Shown here piece after piece: positions 8,660 through 16,844 of a DNA stretch of 64,000 nucleotides. Position 1 is the stretch's first letter. Each line of letters starts with the position of its first letter. Source of the stretch: an uncultured Verrucomicrobiota bacterium. Its GTDB lineage: Bacteria; Verrucomicrobiota; Verrucomicrobiia; Limisphaerales; UBA1319. The DNA lies in assembly GCA_964409245.1 (NCBI GenBank), contig CAYPCQ010000025.1, forward strand, positions 8,429 to 72,428, in the 5' to 3' direction. Below the pieces are notes generated by a model, which saw only the letters and a list, made by a program, of their open reading frames with translations, was not told the DNA's origin and did not search any database. The position numbers and the translations under genes are program-made.

Positions 8660-9649
8660 ATGGAACCTGGCAACCTGCACCATCAAAAATCGGACCAATC
8701 CCACGCCTTCCGGGTGGGCTTCTTCATGCTGTTCGGCCTGTTTGTGACCGGCATCCTGATCCTGGTCTTCGCCGGCAAGGAAAATGTCTTTTCCTGGGGC
8801 ATGGCCACCATCTCGCTGCGCACCACGGATTGCGGCGACCTGAAGCGCGGGGCGGATGTGCGCCTTTCCGGGTGCCGGATCGGCTTCGTGCAGGATTTCG
8901 AGTGGAAGGACCAGGCCGTGGTGATCTCCATCAAGTATGACAACCGGAAGTATCCCCTCTATCCCGAATACGAATTCTCGATTGATTTTGCCGGCATCCT
9001 GGGGGAGAGCTACATCCTGATCAAACCGCCGCCCGATGGCGTGGTGACCAGCCCGCTGACCACCGGCCACGTCGTGAAGAATTGCCGGGGCGTGTTCAAC
9101 ATCCAGGACGCCGCGCGCAATGTGATGGACCTCATCAAGGATTTCGGCGGGGTTTTGAACAGCGTGACCGGGGTGGTCAAGCGGATCGACCACATGCTGG
9201 TCACCACCCAAAACCTCGAGGGGTTGACCACCATTGTCAGCAATGCCGCGGTGCTGACGGCCAAGGCGCCGCTGGCCCTGGACAAGCTGGATGGCCTCAT
9301 CACGGTCAACAGCAACGCGCTGAACCTGGCGATCAGCAACCTGCCGCCGCTGTCGAGCAAAGGGGTGTATATCGCCTCCCAGCTGGAAGAGCTGCTGCGC
9401 AACCACCGTCCGGAGATCGAGTCCATCGTCACCAACCTCGATTTGTCCAGCCAGAACACGCGGCAGCTGCTGGGCAGCCTGGTGGGCGGCGAGGGCGTGG
9501 TGGCGAGCCTGCTGACGAACCAGATGTGGCAATCGAACTTTACTTTGCTGGTGAGTAATTTAACCTTGTTAAGCAGGAACATTAACCAGCACGGGCTGCC
9601 ATACAAGCCGCGAGGATGGACTGACCCGGGCGCACAGAAAGGGAAGTAA
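8660..9649 (+). CDS. MlaD/MCE-domain protein (paralog 3)
   Basis: ORF 8522..9649 trimmed to ATG 8660 (MEPGNL), just after the mlaF stop. TM FMLFGLFVTGILILVFA and MCE core VRLSGCRIGFVQDF..ILGESYILIKPP. Confidence 0.8.
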   Translation: MEPGNLHHQKSDQSHAFRVGFFMLFGLFVTGILILVFAGKENVFSWGMATISLRTTDCGDLKRGADVRLSGCRIGFVQDFEWKDQAVVISIKYDNRKYPLYPEYEFSIDFAGILGESYILIKPPPDGVVTSPLTTGHVVKNCRGVFNIQDAARNVMDLIKDFGGVLNSVTGVVKRIDHMLVTTQNLEGLTTIVSNAAVLTAKAPLALDKLDGLITVNSNALNLAISNLPPLSSKGVYIASQLEELLRNHRPEIESIVTNLDLSSQNTRQLLGSLVGGEGVVASLLTNQMWQSNFTLLVSNLTLLSRNINQHGLPYKPRGWTDPGAQKGK

Positions 9650-10669
9650 ATGGCCACGGGCGGAATTTGGGTGTTGCGGATATTTTTTTTACTGTTATGC
9701 ATCACCGGCGGTTATGCGATCGAGGAGGTTCAACCGGTGATAATCCACGGCGGGCCCCTCGCGGGCATTGGCATCGGCTTTGGCTTCGGCGGCCTGATGA
9801 TTGCGCTGGACGAAATGCTCAAGGGCTTTTCGCTGCGGGCCTTCTCGGCCGCCACGTTCGGCCTGGTCCTGGGCACGCTGATCGCGTGGATGATCGACAA
9901 TTCCAAGCTGTTCATGTTCGCCGACCAGCCCGTCCAATGGATCATCCGCCTGAGCGTCTTCGTCTTTTTTGGCTATATCGGCATGATCCTGGCCATGCGC
10001 AGCAACAAGGAGGATTTTTACCTGATCATTCCGTTCGTGCGCTTCTCCTCCCAAAACCGGCCGGACAACCTGCTCCTGTTGGATACGAGCGCCATTATTG
10101 ACGGCCGGGTGGCGGACCTGATCGAGGCCCGGTTTGTGGAAGGGGTGGTGGTGGTGCCGCGCTTCGTGCTGAAGGAGCTGCAGCAAATCGCCGATTCAAA
10201 GGATCCCATCAAGCGCGCCCGGGGCCGCCGCGGCTTGGATATGCTCAACCGGATCCAGCGCAACACGAAAAACGAGGTCAAAATCCACGAGAGCGACATC
10301 CTCAACGAAACCGAGGTGGACGCCAAGCTGATCCGGCTGGCGCGCATGCTCAACGCCAAGCTCTACACCACCGATTACAACCTGAGCAAGATCGCCTCAC
10401 TCCAGTCGGTCAACCACGTCAACCTCCACGAACTGACCGTGGCGCTCAAGCCGGTGACTCTGCCGGGCGAGGTCTTGAACCTTAAGATTGTGCGCGAAGG
10501 CAAGGACAAAGGCCAGGGAGTGGGATATATGCAGGATGGCACCATGGTGGTGGTCAACCAGGCGCAGCACCTCGTCGGGCAGCCGGTGGAAGCCACGGTT
10601 TTGAGTTTGCTCCAGACCAGCGCGGGGGTTATCATCTTCGCCGATGTCAAACCACCCGGCGCCGGTTGA
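9650..10669 (+). CDS. membrane-anchored PIN/TRAM domain protein (YacL-like)
   Basis: Four N-terminal hydrophobic helices, PIN core LLLLDTSAIIDGRVADLI..VVVPRFVLKELQ, and a TRAM-like C-terminus LNLKIVREGKDKGQGVGYMQDGTMVVV. The start abuts the upstream stop (TAAATG). Confidence 0.85.
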   Translation: MATGGIWVLRIFFLLLCITGGYAIEEVQPVIIHGGPLAGIGIGFGFGGLMIALDEMLKGFSLRAFSAATFGLVLGTLIAWMIDNSKLFMFADQPVQWIIRLSVFVFFGYIGMILAMRSNKEDFYLIIPFVRFSSQNRPDNLLLLDTSAIIDGRVADLIEARFVEGVVVVPRFVLKELQQIADSKDPIKRARGRRGLDMLNRIQRNTKNEVKIHESDILNETEVDAKLIRLARMLNAKLYTTDYNLSKIASLQSVNHVNLHELTVALKPVTLPGEVLNLKIVREGKDKGQGVGYMQDGTMVVVNQAQHLVGQPVEATVLSLLQTSAGVIIFADVKPPGAG

Positions 10670-10692
10670 CGCCGCCAGGAGAAGGTTCTGTT

Positions 10693-12273
10693 ATGAAACA
10701 ACCATCCGGCAGGCTCGGCTCCGCGCTGCTGGGCGGGGTGCTGGCGGCCTCCATCCTCCTGGCTGCCGGCTTCGCCCGCCGGGATTCCCAACCCCGCATC
10801 CGGGCGGCTGAAACTGCCCCGCTGGAGGCCGCCAAATCCCGCGGCCTGCGGATCCGGGAGCCGGCGGTGGCGGGCCTGTTTTACCCGCTGGACCAAGCCG
10901 AGCTTGCCCGGGCCATCGATGAATACCTGGCCGCCGCACCGGCGGGAACCACCGGGCAGCTGCGGGCCTTGATTTGCCCGCACGCGGGCTACCGCTATTC
11001 GGGCGCGACGGCCGCCTGCGGCTACAAGCTGGCCCAAGGCCGGGATTTCCAGACCGTATTCCTGCTGTCGCCCAGCCATTACGCCGCCTTTGAAGGAGCG
11101 TTCGTCCCTTCCGCGGACGCCTATCGGACGCCCCTGGGTTTGGTGGAGTTGTCGCCCGTGCTCAAGGAGCTGGCCCAAAGGCCCCCCTTTGTCAGCGAGG
11201 CGAAAGGCCGGGTGCAGCGGCCGGCCTGGCAGCGGGAATCACCCAAAGCGGCTCCGCCGCCGGGCGAGGATACGCCCGACACTTGGGAACACGCAGCGGA
11301 GGTCCAGGTGCCTTTCCTGCAACGCGTGCTGCCCCGCTTCCAGCTGGCGCCGGTGATTTTTGGGGAAGTATCCCCGGAGGCGGTGGCGAAGACTTTGGCC
11401 AACCATCTGGATGGCTCGGCACTGGTGGTGGCCAGCACGGATTTGAGCCATTATCATCCGGCCAGCGAAGCCAAAAGCCTGGACCAGCGCTGCCTTAAAG
11501 CCATCCTTGATTTGGACGTGGAACAGATGGCCGCCCAGGAGGCCTGCGGCAAGGGGCCGGTGCTGGCCCTGCTCCATCTGGCCCGCCTGCGCCACTGGCA
11601 GCCGGTGCTGCTGCAATACCGGCACAGCGGCGAGGTGTCCGGTGATGGGCACTCCGTGGTGGGGTATGCAGCGGTCGCCTTCTTCAGCCAGGAAGCCCCG
11701 GCTTATTCGGCAGACGACCAAAAACGGCTGCTGGAGCTGGCCCGCAAAACCCTCGTGGAAGGGGCGGCCGGCGGCTCCCCCAAGGAGCCGGCCCCGGAAA
11801 GCTTCCCGGCCCGGCTGCGGGAGCCTAAAGGATGCTTTGTCACGCTGTCCAGCCGGGGCGAGCTGCGCGGTTGCATCGGCCATATCCTGCCCCAGCAGCC
11901 GCTTTACCTGGCGGTCATGGAAAACGCGCGCAACGCCGCCCTGCGCGATCCGCGGTTCCCGCCGGTGAAGGCTGGGGAAGCCGGGGGGCTGCGCATCGAA
12001 ATCAGCGTGCTCACCGAGCCCCAACCGCTCGTTTTCAGTTCCCCCGCGGATCTGCTGGCCAAGCTGCGGCCAGGAGTGGACGGCGTGCTGCTGCAGATCG
12101 GTGGGAGGGGCGCCACCTACCTGCCGCAGGTGTGGAGCCAGATTCCTGATAAAACCGGATTTCTCGACTCGCTTTCGCTCAAAGCCGGCTGCGAAGCCGG
12201 TGCCTGGCGCCAGCCTGGCGTGCGGGTGCAAACCTATCAAGCAGAGGCTTTCCATGAACCGGCGCAGCCCTGA
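10693..12273 (+). CDS. Memo (AmmeMemoRadiSam protein B)-AMMECR1 (protein A) fusion with N-terminal signal/anchor
   Basis: Start set at ATG 10693 (MKQPSG), preceded by AGGAGAAGG. Hydrophobic N-terminus ALLGGVLAASILLAAGFA. Memo motifs LICPHAGYRYSG and ASTDLSHYH. AMMECR1 motif GCFVTLSSRGELRGCIGHI..RDPRFPPV. Confidence 0.85.
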   Translation: MKQPSGRLGSALLGGVLAASILLAAGFARRDSQPRIRAAETAPLEAAKSRGLRIREPAVAGLFYPLDQAELARAIDEYLAAAPAGTTGQLRALICPHAGYRYSGATAACGYKLAQGRDFQTVFLLSPSHYAAFEGAFVPSADAYRTPLGLVELSPVLKELAQRPPFVSEAKGRVQRPAWQRESPKAAPPPGEDTPDTWEHAAEVQVPFLQRVLPRFQLAPVIFGEVSPEAVAKTLANHLDGSALVVASTDLSHYHPASEAKSLDQRCLKAILDLDVEQMAAQEACGKGPVLALLHLARLRHWQPVLLQYRHSGEVSGDGHSVVGYAAVAFFSQEAPAYSADDQKRLLELARKTLVEGAAGGSPKEPAPESFPARLREPKGCFVTLSSRGELRGCIGHILPQQPLYLAVMENARNAALRDPRFPPVKAGEAGGLRIEISVLTEPQPLVFSSPADLLAKLRPGVDGVLLQIGGRGATYLPQVWSQIPDKTGFLDSLSLKAGCEAGAWRQPGVRVQTYQAEAFHEPAQP

Positions 12274-12360
12274 AGCAAGGACGGCTGAGCCATGGCAGGG
12301 GCTGCCTTTCCGGCCGTTCTTGGTTCTGGAATATGAACCGGGTGCGGATGGCGGCGGCTT

Positions 12361-14898
12361 TTACGGTTTGGCGGAGGGGGGGATTTCGCTTGTGGCAGGC
12401 AAGGCTGGCGCTGCGTCTTCGCGCCAGGGAACCTCGTAAACCGGAACGGGTTTGAGGAAGCCTTTAACATGCACCGGCACCAGCGGCACACAGCTCCGGG
12501 CCAGTTCCGGATTCTCCGCCTGCAGGGAAGCGAAGGTGGTGGCGCTGATGATGATGCGCCCCCGGCCGGAAACGCCCTCCAGGCGGCTGGCCAGGTTCAC
12601 CTCCCGGCCGAACACGGTGTAATTCACCTGGGTCTGGTCCGAGCCCATCAGCCCTGCGGTGACAGTTCCGGTATTGATGCCGGTGCCTAAAGAGAGCACG
12701 GCGAGCGGAGGCAGGGGCGGCTGGCCAGTGGAGGTCCGGACCAGGTTTTCCGCCTGCCGCCGCTGGTTTTCGGCTTCGCGTTCGAGATTGAGCCGGTGCA
12801 TGGCTCGCTGGGCCGCGATGGCGGCGCGGACGGCATCAACCGCATGGTGGGGATTGGTGGTGGGCGCCCCCCAGAAGGCCATGACGCAATCCCCGATGTA
12901 TTTGTCGAAGGTGCCCCGATTATTGATGACGTGCCCCACCACCGTGGTCAGAAACAGGTTTACCGTGGCCAGCACTTCGCGCGCCTGCTCGTCATAAACC
13001 GCGGCCGCCTCGCGGCCGCTGAGGTTCCGCTCGCGCACATAATCATCGGCCCGGGCCTGGCTTTGGTCGGTCATTTCGGTGAAGCCGCGCACATCGGAAA
13101 AGAGCACGGTGACTTCCCGCCGCGCTCCGCCCAAGGCCAGGGATTCCGCGCTCAGCAGTTCGTCCACCACGTTGGGGGAAACCACCTTTTCAAAAATGGA
13201 TTTGATGCGGCGCCGTTCTTTCTGCTCCCTTACAACCCGGTGGGTGATGGTGCAGACGTGGGTCATCAGCAGCCCGCCCAGCACGGGCATGGCCACCGGC
13301 AGCCACCAGCGCAGCCAGGCATAAGCCAGCACCGCCACGCCAAAATAGGCCGCGATGATCAGCAACACCCAGCCGAACGCCGCCAGCGCGCGCAAATTGT
13401 AGGTGAGCCAGGCAGAGGTCAAGGCCGGCAGGATGATCAGCAGGAGCAGCACCGGCAGCGGGAATTGGCGGATGAACCAGCCGCGGATCAGCGAATCGGC
13501 CACGTTCCAATGGCAGCTGACGTAAAGGGTGTTCATGCCCAGCGGGGTTGGACCCTGATCGCGCACATTGCTGCCGGATAGCACGGACCCAATCACCACC
13601 AGCTTGCCTTTGAACGGTTGGTCATCGGGGAGGTTCAAGAGGCGGTCTTTTTGTAATTGCTGCAAGACATTGCTGAAGACCAGGCTGGCGTTGGTGCTAT
13701 TACGGATCGCGTCGAATTGCAGGACCAAGCCGTAAGCCATCCGCGTCAAATCTGCGTCATGCCAGGCAGTTTTCCAATCCACCAGCAGGTTACCCTGGCG
13801 GTCAATGGGCAGCACCCGGCTCACGCCGTTGGTTCCGGGCAATATTATTTTGCCCGCCTGATCAACCTGCGCGCGATCCAAGTCCAAGCCGAGGAATCGG
13901 GCGCCCAAGACTATCCCCATATTCCATACCCGGTGCATCGTGTACGGTTTGGCCCGGCGCGCCAGCATGGCTTCCGCGGCTTGGCGCTGGTCCGCGCTTA
14001 AGCGCTGGAGATCCACCTGATAAAATTCCTGGAGGCAGTATTTGCCATCCTGGCCAATTGGCACCACGAGCCGGTTGGTTTTGCCCGCCTCCACGCGGGA
14101 GAAAACGATCTGGTTGGTTTCGATTTCGTATTTCGCATTCAGATAGCCTTCATTTTCCACGATTTCTTTAAGGGTGGGTTCCCAAATGGGAAGGTCCGTG
14201 AAGGGTTTGATGCGGCGCAGGATGCCGCCCCGGTCAGGAAAGGAGGAGATATCCGCGATGCCCGCCGCGTTGGTCCGAAAATAGGAATCCGGAAGCAGGT
14301 TTTCCTCCGAATTGGCCGCCAGGATCACATTGCCGGCCTGGCGGTTGGCAATGGTAAAAAATTCATCCGATTCCACGCTCACCCCGGGGATATCGGGCAG
14401 TTTTTCGGGGGCAATGGGCGAGTATGGAATGGGTATGAGTTTTTTGATTTCTGCCGGGGAGAAGCCCAGCTTGGAGGCGTCCGTCAATGGCATTGGCACG
14501 GCGGGATTATCAGGATGGCGCTCGGCGAACATCACGTCAAAAGCCACCGTATGCGCGCCTTGGGCCTTCAACTCACGCACAATGCGGCCATGCAAATGCC
14601 TTGGATAAGGCCAATCGGCCCGGAATACGGTGCCAGTCGTTCCTTCCCGCAAGGCCCCTTTGCCTAGCCAATCCCGGGTGAACTCATCCACGGCTACCAC
14701 GGCCAAATTCGTGGAAAGCGGCGGGGAATGCCTGCGGGCAATCTGCACCCGCCAATCGTAACTGATATTCTCGAGCTGATTGATGAAAAAACCGGGCCAG
14801 TAGTGGGCAATGGCCTGCAACACCACCAAGACGCCCAACACCACCAAGGTCATCACCCAAGGCAGGTTGATGCGCGCGGTTTTGGTTTTTTCACCCAT
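12361..14898 (-). CDS. CHASE2 sensor domain-containing class III adenylate/guanylate cyclase
   Basis: N-terminal TM plus a large extracytoplasmic region and a three-helix block. Cyclase core VTVLFSDVRGFTEMTD..GDCVMAFWGAP..GTVTAGLMGS..YTVFGREVNLASRLE. Confidence 0.9.
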   Translation of the reverse strand: MGEKTKTARINLPWVMTLVVLGVLVVLQAIAHYWPGFFINQLENISYDWRVQIARRHSPPLSTNLAVVAVDEFTRDWLGKGALREGTTGTVFRADWPYPRHLHGRIVRELKAQGAHTVAFDVMFAERHPDNPAVPMPLTDASKLGFSPAEIKKLIPIPYSPIAPEKLPDIPGVSVESDEFFTIANRQAGNVILAANSEENLLPDSYFRTNAAGIADISSFPDRGGILRRIKPFTDLPIWEPTLKEIVENEGYLNAKYEIETNQIVFSRVEAGKTNRLVVPIGQDGKYCLQEFYQVDLQRLSADQRQAAEAMLARRAKPYTMHRVWNMGIVLGARFLGLDLDRAQVDQAGKIILPGTNGVSRVLPIDRQGNLLVDWKTAWHDADLTRMAYGLVLQFDAIRNSTNASLVFSNVLQQLQKDRLLNLPDDQPFKGKLVVIGSVLSGSNVRDQGPTPLGMNTLYVSCHWNVADSLIRGWFIRQFPLPVLLLLIILPALTSAWLTYNLRALAAFGWVLLIIAAYFGVAVLAYAWLRWWLPVAMPVLGGLLMTHVCTITHRVVREQKERRRIKSIFEKVVSPNVVDELLSAESLALGGARREVTVLFSDVRGFTEMTDQSQARADDYVRERNLSGREAAAVYDEQAREVLATVNLFLTTVVGHVINNRGTFDKYIGDCVMAFWGAPTTNPHHAVDAVRAAIAAQRAMHRLNLEREAENQRRQAENLVRTSTGQPPLPPLAVLSLGTGINTGTVTAGLMGSDQTQVNYTVFGREVNLASRLEGVSGRGRIIISATTFASLQAENPELARSCVPLVPVHVKGFLKPVPVYEVPWREDAAPALPATSEIPPSAKP

Positions 14899-14902
14899 GA
14901 AG

Positions 14903-14936
14903 CCAAAAACCCAGAGCGGCTTGGTGCCACTCTGGG
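14903..14936 (-). terminator. rho-independent terminator-like hairpin between the FecR gene and the cyclase start
   Basis: Minus strand reads CCCAGAG-13 nt loop-CTCTGGG followed by TTTTTGG. The stem arms are at 14930..14936 and 14910..14916. The T-run ends about 5 nt before the cyclase ATG at 14898. Confidence 0.5.
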
Positions 14937-14971
14937 TTTCGTTTAAAACCTTTATCCTAACCGGTTTTCAT

Positions 14972-15826
14972 TTACTGGGGCGGCGGATTACCACCGGTCG
15001 GCGGATTACTACCGGTCGGCGCATTGCCACTAGGGCTGATCGGCGACGTCGGCGGGTTCGGCGGATTTTGGTCAGGGGGCGTCGTCGTCTCGTCAGTTGG
15101 AGGTGTAGTGGGAGGAACTGTGGGTTCAACCTTAATGGTCTCACCGTTGTCCGTCAAAATCGTGTTCACCACATCCCGGAAGACAGTTCCCTGCTGGGTT
15201 ACCCCGGCGGGAGTGGGACCGACTGTCGGTGGGGCACCGGCAACACCGGCGGTGAAGGTCTGGCCCGCGTTCACGGTGCCGCTCCAGATAACTGTTCCGG
15301 TGGGGCCGGTCAGGGTGATCAAGACCGTGCCTTGGAACACATGCACGATACCCCGCGTGCTGATGTCGTAAGTGGTGCCGCGGATGCCAACCGTGCCAGT
15401 AGGAATCTTAACCTCGTACTTCGAGGCGGCCGCCAGTTTCTTCACGTTGCCCAAAATACGACCGTTTTTGAGGTCGAGCAGGGTCTGAACCACCGCGCCA
15501 CCATCGGCGGTTTCATCATAAAGCAGTTTTTCCAAGGAAAGGGTGGTCTCTTCAGTCACTCGCACCACCGGGCCGTTTTGCTTCAGATAGAGATCCACGA
15601 CGGCACCCAGTGCGGTTTTGATCACGGCTCCAGGCCCGAGGATTTTACCCACGGTTAAATTCGCCCACGGGCCGCCCGCCTCTTGAAATTGTGCGGTTCC
15701 CCGGACGGACTGAACTTTGGCGGACCCGGACTTGCTTTGAGCTTCGGCAGTTATGGCTGCTGACGCAATAAAAAGAGCGGCGCCATAAGCTGCCCACTTC
15801 AGAAAAAGGCTTCTCTCGCGTTTCAT
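14972..15826 (-). CDS. FecR-domain secreted protein with Pro/Thr-rich C-terminal tail
   Basis: ORF 14972..15898 trimmed to ATG 15826 (MKRERS). Signal peptide AAYGAALFIASAAITAEA. FecR-type pattern VQSVRGTAQFQ..GAVIKT..VDLYL..GTVGIRGTTYDI..VFQGTV. The tail reads PPTTPPTDETTTPPDQNPPNPPTSP. Confidence 0.8.
   Translation of the reverse strand: MKRERSLFLKWAAYGAALFIASAAITAEAQSKSGSAKVQSVRGTAQFQEAGGPWANLTVGKILGPGAVIKTALGAVVDLYLKQNGPVVRVTEETTLSLEKLLYDETADGGAVVQTLLDLKNGRILGNVKKLAAASKYEVKIPTGTVGIRGTTYDISTRGIVHVFQGTVLITLTGPTGTVIWSGTVNAGQTFTAGVAGAPPTVGPTPAGVTQQGTVFRDVVNTILTDNGETIKVEPTVPPTTPPTDETTTPPDQNPPNPPTSPISPSGNAPTGSNPPTGGNPPPQ
14982..15035. repeat. 18-bp tandem repeat (2 good units plus 1 degenerate) inside the FecR gene 3' end
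   Basis: GGCGGATTACCACCGGTC / GGCGGATTACTACCGGTC / GGCGCATTGCCACTAGGG. On the minus strand this encodes the PTG(S/G)NPP repeats. Confidence 0.8.
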
Positions 15827-16026
15827 AATTTTAATCCAATAGGTACAGTTTCCACAAACACTTTGCGCCAAGTCTAAGCACTGAGGCGGGGATGTCAACC
15901 GGATATTTAATTTTTTACGGCATTTTCAAAATTTCCCGGCCCACTGCTCAGTTAGACCACTTGTTCACATCCTATCGGGGACCAAGCCGGTTCGCAAGTA
16001 ACTTTCAAATAGTTCTTTGGGAAACT

Positions 16027-16833
16027 TTAAAAGGCGGCATCGGTGACGGCTTTAACGATATATTTCGCTTTGATTTCCGCCAAATGAACTTGCCGGGAAC
16101 CGAGTTGGGCGGCGAGTTTTTCCAAAACCGGTGATTTATTCCAACGGTTCGCCACATCCACGATCACCGATGGCACCTGGTCTTGGCGGATTTGGCCGGC
16201 GAGATTCAGGAGTTCAACCCAGGGGGGATGGCCCGGAACCAGGGGAACATTGGCTTCCCCATCGGAGAGCAGGATGAGCGTGGGTTTGATTTCCGGATGT
16301 TTAAGCCGTTCATTGCGAATAAGTTGCCAGGATGCGGACAGGCCCAGGGCCAGCGGGGTGGCGCCGCCTGCCGGCAGCCATGCCAGCCGTTCCCTGGCCA
16401 GGTGGATGCTATGGGTGGGGGGCAAAACCACGGTGGCACACTCCCCGCCGAAGGCCACCAAAGCCACCTGATTCCGGTTTTGGTAGGCTTGGTGCAACAT
16501 GGCCAGGACGGCTCCTTTGGCAGCCCGGAGCCTTTGGTGCAAACGGGTGGCCATGGAATCCGAGGCATCCACCACGAACACCAGGAGGCGGTCACACGTC
16601 CGATAACGCAATTTTTTACGCCAATCGGCCCGGATTACCCGGGAATCCGGGCTTGGCTCAACGATGCGGCGCAGCGCTGAGGCGCGCAAAGTGGCAGCCC
16701 ATGCGAGGTCAAAGCCGTGCTCCCCGGGCTTGATGGGACCGGCTTTGAGGTAACGGCCCGTGCGGGCGGCGATCCGGGTCCGGGTCCGGCGGGCGGGGTC
16801 CAATCCCCCCGGGGCCAGATCCTCCAAGTCCAA
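16027..16833 (-). CDS. von Willebrand factor A (vWA) domain protein, BchD/ChlD C-terminal-like; start uncertain
   Basis: MIDAS motif VVDASDSM, also VALVAFGG and ILLSDGEAN. The first ATG in frame lies inside the MIDAS motif. For more than 40 codons upstream of the ChlI-like stop the frame has no ATG, GTG or TTG. TTG codons at 16833 and 16827 are the only candidate starts. See the slippery-site finding. Confidence 0.7.
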   Translation of the reverse strand: MDLEDLAPGGLDPARRTRTRIAARTGRYLKAGPIKPGEHGFDLAWAATLRASALRRIVEPSPDSRVIRADWRKKLRYRTCDRLLVFVVDASDSMATRLHQRLRAAKGAVLAMLHQAYQNRNQVALVAFGGECATVVLPPTHSIHLARERLAWLPAGGATPLALGLSASWQLIRNERLKHPEIKPTLILLSDGEANVPLVPGHPPWVELLNLAGQIRQDQVPSVIVDVANRWNKSPVLEKLAAQLGSRQVHLAEIKAKYIVKAVTDAAF

Positions 16834-16844
16834 TTCCGCACAGC

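Noticed and set aside
6775-8673. 632-aa ORF on the minus strand, the first of many very long ORFs opposite recognised genes. Others: 24566..26881 (+), 26910..28673 (+), 29120..30901 (+), 39047..40651 (-), 42277..44463 (+), 46993..48504 (-), 54048..55613 (+), 18365..19807 (+), 35808..37118 (+).
   Set aside because: Each lies antisense to, or out of frame with, a gene carrying clear family motifs. Their translations are Arg/Gly/Pro/His/Ala-rich low-complexity strings with no motifs. That is the expected artefact of stop-codon-poor alternative frames in GC-rich DNA.
14917-14929. TGGCAC in the loop of the FecR/cyclase hairpin (minus strand).
   Set aside because: The nearest downstream GC is one position short of the strict sigma54 -24/-12 spacing.
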